Shown here: piece after piece, positions 12,713 to 24,629 of the stretch | Layout: each line of letters starts with the position of its first letter | How positions within the stretch are numbered: the stretch's first letter is position 1 | Source of the DNA: Hypanus sabinus | Lineage: Eukaryota | Direction: 5' to 3' | Length of the DNA stretch: 64,000 nucleotides | Assembly (NCBI RefSeq): GCF_030144855.1 | Contig: NC_082736.1 | Location: 7,192,001-7,256,000, forward strand | The notes under the pieces: generated by a model | Seen by the model: only the letters and a program-made list of their open reading frames with translations | Database searches by the model: none | What the model was told of the DNA's origin: nothing | Position numbers and translations under genes: made by a program

Positions 12713-14268
12713 CAGTGCCATCAAAAGTATTCAGTCTCCTTTGGAGGTTTTCATGTTTATTGTTTTGCAACGTTGATTCACAGTGGATTTAATTTGGCTT
12801 TATTTTCCCACAGTGATCAGCAGAATGGACTCTCTGGTCTCAAAGTGAAAAACAGATCTTTACAAAGTGATCTAATTAATTGCAAATATAAAACACAAAA
12901 TAATTTAATTGCATTGGTATTCACCTCCTTCAAGTCAAGTTGACGCACCTTTGTCAGTAATTACCGTTGGCTCTGTGTGGACAGGTCTCTATGTGCTTTG
13001 AACATTTGGACACTGAAAATTTTCCCCATTCTTCTTTACAAAACTGCGGAAGCTCTGTCAGATTGCATGCGGTTCATGAGTGAACAGATCTTTTCAAGTC
13101 CAGTTACAAATTCTCAATTGGATTGAGGTCTGGACTCTGACTTGGCCACTCCAGGACATTAACTTTGGTTTTAAGTCATTCCTGTGCAGTTTTGATTTTA
13201 TACTTGCGGTCATTCTCCTGCTGGAAAATGAATCTTCTCCTAAGACACAGTTCGCTTGCAGACTGAATTAGGTTTTCCTAAAAGATTTCACTGTATTTGG
13301 CTGCATTCATTTTACCCTCTACTTTTCTGAGCCTTTCAGGGCCTGCTGCAGTGAAACATCCCCACAGCAAGATGCAGCCTCCACCAGGCTGGGATGGTGT
13401 GTTTTTGATGCTGTGCGGTGTTTGTCTTGCGCCAAGCTTAGTGTTTAATCTGATGGCCAAAAAGGTCAATTTTGTTTCATCAGACTATACAACCTCCTTC
13501 CAGTTGACTTCGGAGTCTTCTGGCAAACTCCAGGTGAGATTTCATGAGAGCTTTTTTCAACAATGGCTTTCTCTTTCCCACTCTCCCATAAAGCTCTGAC
13601 AGGTGAAGCATCTGGGCAACAGTTGTTGTCTACACAGTCTCTCCCATCTCAGCCACTGAAGATTGTGATTTCTCTAGAGTTATCATAGGTCTCTTGGTGG
13701 CCTCCCTCACTCGTCCCCTTCTTGCACAGTCACTCAGTTTTTGAGGATGGCCTAATCCTGGCAGATTTACAGCTTTGCCATGTTCTTTCCATTTCAGGAT
13801 GAGTGACTTAACTGTACTCCAAGGGATGTCCAGTGACTAGAGAATTTTCTTGTATCCATCTGCTGAATTGTGATTTTCAATTACCTTTTTGCAGAGCTGC
13901 TCAGAGTGTTAATTTGTTTTTATGGTGTAGTTTCTCCCAGAATACTGACTACCAACAGTCGTGTATTTGTACTACAATCAATTGAAACACCTTGACTCAC
14001 ACAGAGTCCTCCACTTAACTGATAAAGTAATTCCTAAAACTGTACCAGTGATGATTTGGGGGTGAATATTTATACAGTCAATTATTTTGCGTTTTATATC
14101 TGTAATTAATTTCAAGCACTTTGTGGAGATCTGTTTTCACTTTGACACAAAAGTCTTTTTCTCTTGATCAGTCAAACAAATGCCAAATTCATTCCACTGT
14201 CATTCAAAGTTGTAAAACATTAAAACATGAAAACTTTAAAGCAGCATGAATACTTTTCATAGGTACCT
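12713..14268 (-). mobile_element. Tc1/mariner DNA transposon with ~210-bp terminal inverted repeats, degenerate
   Basis: TA|CAGTGCCATCAAAAGTATTCA start and matching inverted end followed by TA; transposase remnant GGGCILLWGCFTAAGPERLRKVEGKMNAAKYSEI. Confidence 0.88.
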
Positions 14269-14429
14269 TACATGTAGGGACAGTGATGGTGAAAGGGGAG
14301 GGAAAGAAGACACAGGGGGGAGTGGTCTCAGGATGCTCAGGTGTTCCTCCCGAAGGGATAAAACACAAAAGGGGAAATATCAAAGAGAGATGAGAATGGA
14401 AATGTGATTGTCATGAGAGATTTAATCGG

Positions 14430-15040
14430 AAGCAAATTGATGTACCACAACATCGAGTACCTTTGCTCTGTGAGCTGCAACAACAACAATCTGCCAGTGG
14501 CAATGCATTCTAGTTCCATTTCCCATTCACATACTGACATATTGGTGCCTTACACGTGTTTTAACCAGTGGTGGGGCGGTAATGGGGACAAGCTGTCACT
14601 TCCTATAAATTACTGCTTCAAATTGTCTCTGTCAACCAAGTCCAGCTCCTGGCTTTTATCGCTTAGCTACAAAGCCTGACAGACTCTTTCTTAGTGACAG
14701 GGGAGGGTCTAAATGGGTTTACTGGCATCATTTAACTAACTCCTAAGGGCAGATGGGGCTTTCACTCTCTCTGGTTCTCCACCTCCTTCGTGTCATCCCA
14801 TGGTCCAACGTTCTCTCCTACTGGATTCCTTTCTCTTCATCTCTTTGCCTTTCCTGTCTGTCACCCAGGTCTTCACATTATCATCCCTCCACAAAACAAC
14901 CCCCTCCCCCACTCACTTGTCCTCCTCCACCTCCCCGCACCTTATTCTGGCTACTGTCCCTTTCTTGCTAATCCTGATGAAGGTTCTCAGCCCGAAATGT
15001 CGAATCTTTGCTGAGTTCCTGCAGTATTTTGTGCATGCTT
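14430..15040 (+). mobile_element. Second Penelope-like 3' remnant, interrupted, with a hammerhead-like core at 14971-15005
   Basis: IEYLCSV...LPVAMHSSSISHSHTDI resembles the GIY-YIG C-terminal region; CTGATGA...GAAATGTC. Confidence 0.6.
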
Positions 15041-15049
15041 GTGTCAGTC

Positions 15050-17885
15050 TGTGTGGTCATTGAGCTGATCAAACTGGTACAGTCAAAGAGGAATTTGTGG
15101 AGTGGTCAGAGACAGTTTCTTACAGCAGGACCTTACCCCGGAACAAGACATCTCATATGTAATCCGTATAATGAGGTGGGATTAAAGAGAGATCTTGTGG
15201 TGAAGTATCCCAGAAGAAGTGATCACAATGTGGGAGAACTCCAGACCACAGATTGATGGTGAACACCAGGGTCCAGTACCAGTGTCCTCAAACTAAATAA
15301 AGGCAATTACGGAGATGTGACAGTGGCGTTGTCTGGGGCAGATGGGGTAAATATGCTTAGGGACAAGTCAATAATGAGCAGTGGCGACGTTTAAGGAGAC
15401 TGTTCATAACAGTCAGCAGACGTTGATCCCGATTCTACAGAGGGATCACAGAGAGCAAAGAACGTTCTGTGGTCAATGGAGTTCAAGGGAAACAATAAAT
15501 CAAAGAGCATAAAAAGAGGCAAGGGTTGGCAGTAGAAAAGAGGATCAGGATTTTTCCAGGAACCAGTGATGAGACAAAAGCTAAAACTAACAAGGAAAAA
15601 GCAGATAGGTTAACTCAATAATTTTAATTAGTGTTCACAGTGGGGACACAGCAAACATCCCAGAGATATTGAACAGTGACATTTCAACATTGTCCCATAA
15701 TGTGTAACAATCACCAACACAAGGGTGAAACTAAAGGGACTAAAAGCAAACATTTCCAGGTCCCAACGACCAGCACTGAAGCCTGGAGAGAAAGTAGAGA
15801 CACTGAAGTCTGTCAAAACTCACTGTTACGGAAAGGTCCCAGTGGAGTTGAAAACCATTGTTGAAGAAGGGTGGAAGATAAAAAGCAGGTGACTGTAGTC
15901 CAGTTAACTTCACTTCAGCTACTGGAGTCTACAATCTGTGAAGAAATAACAAGTCATTTAGAAAAGTTTAATGTGAATGAACTGAGTTAACAGGGTTTAC
16001 AGTCAGATTCACACAGCACAGAAACGAGCCCTTCAGCTCAAATGGTCCACGCTGAACAAAGTTAACATCTGAGCTTGTGGTCTGTAACCCCCTCATCACC
16101 ACATTAAGAACAAGGCTATCCTCCTCCTTATCCCATATCCTTCAAAACCTTTCCTTCCCATCTACCTGTCCAAGTACTTTTCTTAAATATACCTGACTCA
16201 ACCATCCCCCCGGCAGCTCACTCCATACACTGACCAGCCTGTGTGTGGAAAAGTTGCCCTTCAGGCTCCTATTAAATCTCATCTCAAACCAATGCTCTTC
16301 AGTTCTTGATTCCCCTACCCTGACAAAAATATTGTTATCTTTGACTCAACCCAGGCCACTTATTATTTTATACACCTCTGCAATATCGCCACTCATTCTC
16401 CAACTTCCCAAGGAAAATTATCCAAAACACTTTCCACAAATCAGTCCTTCGAGATCCAGTAACATGCCCGTAAATCACCTCTGCACTCTTTCCAGCTCAA
16501 TGGTGTCTGTCATACTGCATGATCACTAAAACTAAACACTATTTATGAAATGCGGCCAAACTAACGTGTTGTACAACCGCACCATTTCATCCCAGCTTCT
16601 ATATCCGGTGCCCTGACTGAAGGCCAGTGTTCCAAAAGCCTCGTCACCACCCTGTCCATCTGGAACCTGGTTTTTGTCCCTGTAACCTGGGTTACTGAAT
16701 GTTAAGTCATGTTTGACAAACATACCAGAGATTTGAGACTTTACAGGAGAAGTTGGAGAAGTGGTGATTTTGGATTTTCAGGAGCCATTTGCCAATGTCT
16801 CACATGAAAGGCTGGTGCACAAGACCAGAGCTCAGTACTGGGAAGGAAGTGTGTTAATATTGACTGAAGACTGGTTATCATACTGAGACAGAATAACAGG
16901 TCTGTTTCAGGCAGGGATGACATAACTACTGGACTGTTGAGGTGTTGCCTGCACAACAAAATAGAGATGGGTGCAGTGAGGGGTTCATAAGACCATATAT
17001 GACCAAAGTTCAGAGGTGAATGGTTCATTGACATTTATTGCTGGGGCATTAGTGCAGAGAAACAGAGCAGTGTTGCTACAGTGTCAGACAAATGCACATT
17101 GATGGATTTTGGGAAGTTAAAGCAGGTCAGCACATACCCAGTGAATGGCAGGGTCCTGAGGAGTGTTGATGAAAAGATAAACCTGAGGCACAGGTAAATA
17201 GTTCCCTGAAAGTACCAACACAGGTAGACAAGGTGGAGAAGAAGGTGCATGAAATGCTTACCTTTATTGGCAAAGGTTCTGAGACGAGTTGGGACATCAC
17301 ATTACAGTTGTACAAATCAATAATTACCCCACACCAGGAGTACCCTGTGCAGTTCTGGTCACCACGAGAGGAAGGATGTGATTAAGCTGGAAAGGTGCAG
17401 AAACGATTCACAGGAATGGAACCTGGACTGGGGGCTTGAGTTACAAGGAAAGATCAGACTGACTGGGACTGTTTTCCCTGGAGTGAAGGAGGCTGAGGGA
17501 AGATCTGACAGAAGTTTATAAAACTATGAGAGGTGCCAACAAGCTAGACAGTCAAAATCACTTCCTCAGGTTAGAAATATCAAATTTGAGAAAGCACAGC
17601 TGTAAAATGCCAGGGTGAGAATTAAAAAGTCTATTTCAGGGCAGGTAAGATTTCTGTTTCCATACGGCAAGTGGTGAGGGCCGAGTACGGGTTGCCTTAG
17701 GGAGTGGTGAAAGTAGATATGATAATGACATTTAACAGCGTTTTAGATGAGCCATGAATATTCAGAGAATTGAAGCATATGAATTATACGCAGGCAGAAG
17801 AGATTTAGTTCCATTTGACATCGTGTTCAGCACAGACATCATGGGAAGAAGGGCCTGTTCCTGTGCTGTACTGTTCTGTGTTCTC
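15050..17885. mobile_element. Mosaic of decayed CR1 fragments
   Basis: Recognisable CR1 RT and 3' UTR sequence on both strands; no intact ORF. Confidence 0.55.
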
Positions 17886-19559
17886 GGTGAGCCTCAGTGA
17901 CGGGGGAGTCTTTAGCCGGGGTCACAGACAGGTGTATCTGTGGCAAGGAGAGATACTGCAGGATGGTGCATCACCTCCGTGATACCAGGGCCAAGGATGT
18001 AACTGAACAAGTACAGGCCATTCTGAAAGGGCAGGATGAGCAGACACAGATTGTGTCCATATTGGTTCTAACAAAAGAGACAAAGTCCTGCAAAGAGACT
18101 GAGGGAGTTGGGGAAAAAATTAAGTAGAAACACTGTGGTGAGGAGGGGGGTAATCCCAGTGTCACCTGCTAGTGCGGAAAGAAAGAAAAAGGTGGTACAG
18201 TTATATGTGTGGCTCACAAGCTGGTGCAGGACGGAGGATTTTTGTTACATGGATCATTGGGCTCTCTTTCAGGAGAGGAGTTGGGAAGAGTGAAAGGTCA
18301 GTCGTGGAGTTGACAGATGTGGATCAGCACAGAAAGTAAGTCCAAATAGATAAATTACAGTGTCTCAGTAGCACTACAACTGCACAGATAAACAAATACC
18401 AGGTAGGCCTCAAATTTACATTTAATTTTTAAAAATGGATCTGAAAGAAACTTAACACAATTTTTGGTCTTTAATGGAGCAATCGGGAAAGGTTCATGAG
18501 TTTTTAATCAAAAAGTACTGACGATAGGCTTGTTATGCCTACTTTTGAGTGGGGAAGGATCAGGAAATATCCTAAATAAAGCCTTTAAAACTATCTATAT
18601 ATCTAGATCTCTGAACTAGCATTACTTATTTTTTGTGATGTGGCAATCACAATAATGTATGCAAGTCTTTGAAATCCTTTGAAATGCTTAAGTATTTGAA
18701 AGAGAGAGAGCTAGAAATGATAACTAAATGGAGAAAAATTGAGAAGGTTTGTGAGGCATAAATTCCAGCCTGACTGGGCTGAATAGGAAGTTTCTGTGTG
18801 CTGTATTACATCTTGTATATAATTTCCAGATAAAATATCAGAATATCAAAGTTTCTTAAAATTACTTCCTCAAAGGGATTTTATGATATTTTGTTAATAA
18901 TCAATGATGCTCAAAGTTGGTGTATTTTCAAAGTTCAGGATAAGTTTATTATCAATGTATATGCCACCATATACAACCTTAAGGACATTCACAGTAAAAA
19001 CTAAAAACAATAGAATCATTAAAAGACTGCACCCAACAGGACAGACAAACAACTGATGTGCAAAAGACAACAAGCTCTGTAAATACAAATAGAAAAGAAA
19101 AATAAATAAACAAACAATAAATATTGAGAGCATGGGATGGAGTCCTTGAAGGTGAGTCCATAGATTGTGGGAAGAACACAGTGATGGGGCAAGTGAAGTT
19201 ATCCCTTTTGGCTCAGGGGGCTGATGATAACTTTTCCTGAACGCGGTGGTGTGGTCCCTGAGGCTCACTGACCAACTCCTTGATGGCAGCAAAGAGAGGA
19301 GAGCTTGTCCTGGGTGGTGGGGGTTCCTGATGAATGCTGCTTTCCTGCAATAGCATTTTCTGTAGATATGCTCAGTGGGAGGAAGGTCTTTACCTGCTAT
19401 GGACAAAATTTACAAAATAGGCTTTAGTGTTTATAGGAATATTTTATTTAGAGATAAAGCATGGAACAGGCCTTCGAGCACCACCACTTAGCATCCTCCA
19501 ATTTAACCCTAGTCTATTCGTGTGGCAATTTGCAATGATTTGTCTTTGGACAGTGGGAG

Positions 19560-20475
19560 GAAAGCTGGGCGGTGGCATTAGCTGTGAGGTGGATGCTTAG
19601 AGGATGCAGGGTGACTTGGATAGGTTAGTTGAGTGGGCAAATTCATGGCAGATGCAATTTAATGTGGATAAATGTGAGGTTATCCACTTTGGTTGCAAGA
19701 ACAGGAAAACAGATTATTATCTGAATGGTGGCCGATTAGGAAAAGGAGAGATGCAACGAGACTTGGATGTCATTGTACACCAGTCATTGAAGGTGGGCAT
19801 GCAGGTACAGCAGGTGGTGAAAAAGGCAAATGGTATGTTGGCATTCATAGCAAAAGGATTTGAGTACAGGAGCAGGGAGGTTCTACCGCAGTTGTACAAG
19901 ACCTTGGTGAGACTGCACCTAGAATATTGTGTGCAGTTCTAGTCCCCTAATCTGAGTAAAGACATACTTGCCATACAGGGAGTACAGAGAAGGTTCACCA
20001 GATTGATTCCTGGGATGGCAGGACTTTCATATGAAGAAAGACTGGATCTACTAGGCTTATACTCACTGGAATTTAGAAGATTGAGGGGGGATCTTATTGA
20101 AACGTATACAATTCTAAAGGGATTGGACAGGCTAGATGCAGGAAGATTGTTTCAGATGTTGGGGAAGTCCAGAACGAGGGGTCACAGTTTAAGGATATAG
20201 GGGAAGCCGTTTAGGATCGAGATGAGGAGAAACTTCTTCACACAGAGAGTGGTGAATCTGTGGAATTCTCTGCCACAGGAAACAGTTGAGGCCAGTTCAT
20301 TGGCTATATTTAAGAGGAAGTTAGATATGGCCCTTGTGGCTAAAGGGACTGGGGGTACGGAGAGAAAGCAGGTACAGGGATCTGAGATGGATGATCAGCC
20401 ATGATCATACTGAATGGCAGTGCAGGCTCGAAGGGCCGAATGGCCTGCTCCTGCACATATTTTTTACGTTTCTAT
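19560..20475 (+). mobile_element. CR1 LINE 3' fragment (RT C-terminus and 3' UTR), relatively well preserved
   Basis: QGDLDRLVEWANSWQMQFNVDKCEVIHFG; LSYEERLDLLGLYSLEFRRLRGDLIETY; MRRNFFTQRVVNLWNSLP. Confidence 0.9.
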
Positions 20476-21789
20476 TAGAAATAAGAGAAAGAATAAAAAG
20501 TTACCGCAAACAGTCTAACATGTCACTTCCCCGGCTATAGGTTGAGTCATTACAGAGCCGAGGGTCCGAATGACTTCAACCCGTGTTGATGCCATTTGCC
20601 CAGTGCACCACTGCATAGTTAATGAGCACAGTGGCACCGAGGGGCTGAAGTGTGTTTGTGTCAGTGCCGGGTGTGGAACAGTTAATGCAGACGTACTTAG
20701 AGCCTGGATTAGTACATGGCACAGTGATTCAGCCATTACAGAGAAGGGCAGGACTGGTAGCGAAACATTCCAGGATTCAGATTCAGACAGTCCAGAGGGA
20801 GGTGAATGAGGTTGGGGAGCTGTACTGCTGATCAGGCAGAATGTCACAAATTCAAGGTCATCCAGTGAGACAATGCGGGTAGAACTCAGAAATAAGAAGA
20901 GTGCAATCACTGTTATGGGATTGTACAGTAGGGCTCCAAACAGCCAGTGAGAGAGAGGAACAGATATGTCGGCAGGTTATGGGCTGATGTAAAAACAACA
21001 GAGTAGCTTTGCTGAGTGAATAATCTCCCCAGTGACTGGGACTCCCTTACCACCTGAGGCTTGGATGGGGCATTATTTGTTAAGTGTGTTCAGCAAGGTT
21101 TCCTGAAACAGTATGTAGATGGTCCACCAGGGAGGGAGACATTCTTGACTTTGGCTTGGGAAATATGGGACTCACCAGAGTGGTGGCGGGAACAACCAGT
21201 GTTAGAGGAATTAGACAGGTCCTTCAGGGGAAATAACCAGCAGAGCTGTGGGGACAGAGTGGGGAATGGGACTGTGGAAATGTTGTAGCAGGAGTTGGTA
21301 TAAACTTGATGGGTCAGATAGTCCAGACCATCCCAGAATGATCCTGTGACCAATAACAGTCTGAAAAAATCATTCTGGCCTCCAGTCAATCTTCCAAACT
21401 CCAGGGTGGACAAGATCAATTGTGTAATGAGGACACACTTCTGTAAAAACACTGACACTGTATTCCAAGCACACTGAGCTGCCAGAGCACAGCACCGGCC
21501 AGTGAGGACACAGACCAGTACAACACCCGGCTCTCGAATACAAAGTTCAAAGCTGAAAGTAAATGTAATATCAAAATACATTTCTGTCATCATACGCAAC
21601 CCCGGGATTTATTTTCTTGTGTGCGTACTGCTGGTTTGTTGGGGAGGGTATAAACTGATTTGGCAGGGGCGTGAGAACTGGCATGAAAGTACTTAGGATA
21701 GTACAGTTGGTAAAGAAACAAAAGATAGCATGCAGTCACACTGTCAGGAAAAGCGAGCTGATGGCAGAACATAACTGCAGCCAGCAGAG

Positions 21790-24515
21790 GGATGCAGAAT
21801 CAATTAGGGTAGCAAATCCAATACTTGAAGTGTTGTACCTCAATGCACAGCATATAAAAAATAAGGTGGATAATCTTATTGCCCTACTACAGATTGTCAT
21901 GTATAATGTGATCATCATTGAATCACAGCTGAAAAATATTTATAGTTGAGAGCTAAATGCCCAAGTTAGACATATCGGAGGGTCAGCAAGGTAGGCAATG
22001 AGGATAGCATGGCTCTGCTGGTAAAGAATGGTATCAAATCAGTAGGAAGATGAGCCATTGGATCGGAAGATGTTGAATCATTGTGAGTAGAGTTAAAAAA
22101 ATCTGCAAGTGTAAAAGGACATTGATGCAGTTATAAACAGGCCGCCAACAGTTGTTTGGATGTGGACCACAGATTACAACAGGAAATGGAAGAGGCATGT
22201 CAAAAGGCAATGTTATTGGAGATTTCATGGGAGATTTCAACAACCAGGTCAATTGGGAGAATCAGGTTGGAAATAGATCTCAAGAGAGTGAGTTTGTTGA
22301 ATGCCTAAGAGATGGCTTTTTAGAACAATTTGTCGTTGAGCCTACGAGGGAATCAGCTATACTGGATTGTGTGTTATTTAATGAACAGCAGGCAATTAGG
22401 GAACTTAAGGTAAAAGAACCCTTAGGAGGCAGTGATCACAGTATCATTGAGTTCAACTTGAGTCCAGGATAAGCGTATTCCAGAAACAAATAAATACTCA
22501 AATGGCAAAATAGTACAACTGTGGCTGAAAAGGAAGTCAAAGCTAATGTAAAACCAAAAGGGAGGGCATAAAACAAAGAAAAAAATAGTCAGAATACAAA
22601 GGATTGGGAAGCTTCTAACACCTTACAGAGAGCAACCTAAAGAGGATAAAGATTAAATATACAAGCAAACTAGCAAATATTATCAAAGTGGATCGTTGAA
22701 GCTTTTTCAAGTATGTAAAACATAAAGGAGAGATGAGACTGGATACTGGATTGCTAGAAAATCAGGACAGAGGAAGAATAATGGGGTGGGGGGGCGGGGG
22801 AAGGTGATGGCAGATGAACTAAATGAGTATTTGGCATCAGTGGAAGTTACTAGCCGTGTGCCAGATGTTGAAGGGAGTGAGGGGAGAGAAGGGAGTGCAG
22901 TTATTATTATAAGGGAAAGGTGCTCAAAAAGCTGAAAGACCTGAGGGTATATAAGTCACCTGGACCAGATGAACTGGACCCTAGGATTCTGACAGAGGTA
23001 GCAGTAGAGATTGTGGTGCCATTTGTAATGATCTTTCAAGACGTATTGGACTCTGGCATGGTGCAAGGGGACTGGAAAATTGCAAATGTCACTCCACTCT
23101 TTAAGAAAGGAGGAAGGCGGCAGAAAGGAAATTATAGACCAGTTAGTCTGACCACAGTGGTTGGGAAGATGCTGGAGTTAATTGTTAAAGATGAGGTTAT
23201 GGAGTATTGGAAACACAGGACAAGAAAGGACAAAGTCAGCATGGTTTCCTTAAGGGGAAGTCTTGCCTGATGAATCTGTTGGAATTCTTTGAAGAGATTA
23301 CACGCAGGATAAATAAAGGGGATGCAACGGATGTCATATATTTGGACTTTCAAAAGGCCTTTGACAAGGTGCCACACATGAGGCTGCTTACCAAGTTAAT
23401 AGCCCATGGTATTACAGGAAAGTTACTGACGTGGTTAGAACATTGGCTGATTGGTAGAAGGCAGCAAGTCAACAAGTGGGAATAAAAGGATCCTTTCTGG
23501 TTGGCTGCCAGTGAGTAGTGGTGTTCCGCAGGGGTCGGTGTTGGGACCACTTCTGTTTATGCTGTTTATCAATGATTTAAACGATGGAATAGATGGATTT
23601 GTTGCAAGTTTGCAGATGACAAGAAGGGCAGGTACTGTTCAGGAAACAGGTAGGCTCTAGAAGTACTTTGACAGATTAGGAGAATTGGCAAGACAATGGC
23701 AAAGGAAATACAATGTTGGAAAATACATGGTCGTGCACTTTGGTAGTAAAAATACACGTACAGACTATTTTCCAAATAGGGAGAAAATCCAAACATCTGA
23801 GATGCAAAGGGACCTGGAGTCTTCGTGCAAACCAGCCAAAAAATAACTTGCAGGTAGAGTCGGAGGTGAGGAATGCCAAAGCAATGTTAGCATTCACATC
23901 AAGCGGTTAGAATACAAGAGCAGGGATGTGATGCTGAGACTTTATAAGGCATTGGTGAGGCCTCACCTTGAGGATTGTGAAGAGTTATGGGCTCCTCATC
24001 CAAGAAAAGATGTACTGGCACTGGAAAGGGTTCAGAAGAAGTTCACAAGGGTGATTCTGGGAATGAAACGGTTATCATACGAGGAACATTTGATAGCTCT
24101 GGGTCTGGACTCGCTGGAATTTCGAAGGATGGGGGGGGGGGGGAATCTCATTTCAAATGCTGAAAGGCCTAGACTGAGTAGATGTGGAAAGAATGCTTCC
24201 TATGGTGGGGGAGTCTAGGACGAGAAGACACAATCTCAGGATAGAAGGCTGTCCATTTGAAACAGAAATGCAGAGAAATTCTTTAGTCAGAGGGTGGTGA
24301 ATTAATGCAATTTATATCCACAGGCTGCTGTGGAGGCTATGTCCTTGGGTCTACTTAAGGCAGAGCTTGATAGGCTCATGATTGGACACGACATCAAGGT
24401 TTGCAAGGAGAAGACCAGGGAGTGGGGATGCAAAGGGAAAAAAGGGTCAGCCATGATTGAATGGGAGTAGACTCGACGGGCCAAATAGTCTAATTCTGCT
24501 GCTATGCTGTACGGC
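21790..24515 (+). mobile_element. CR1 LINE ORF2 remnant (endonuclease, RT, 3' UTR); mirrored at ~61795-64000 on the minus strand
   Basis: LYLNAQHI, GDFN, GSDH, KSPGPDELDPRIL, YLDFQKAFDKVPH, SGVPQGSVLGPLLF. Confidence 0.9.
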
Positions 24516-24629
24516 CTTACTCAGTAAATCCAAGAACCATAACAGAAAGACGCACCTAACAGGGTGGCCAAATCACCAATGTGCAAACGACAATAAATTG
24601 TGTAAATACAAGAGAGAAAATAATAATAT

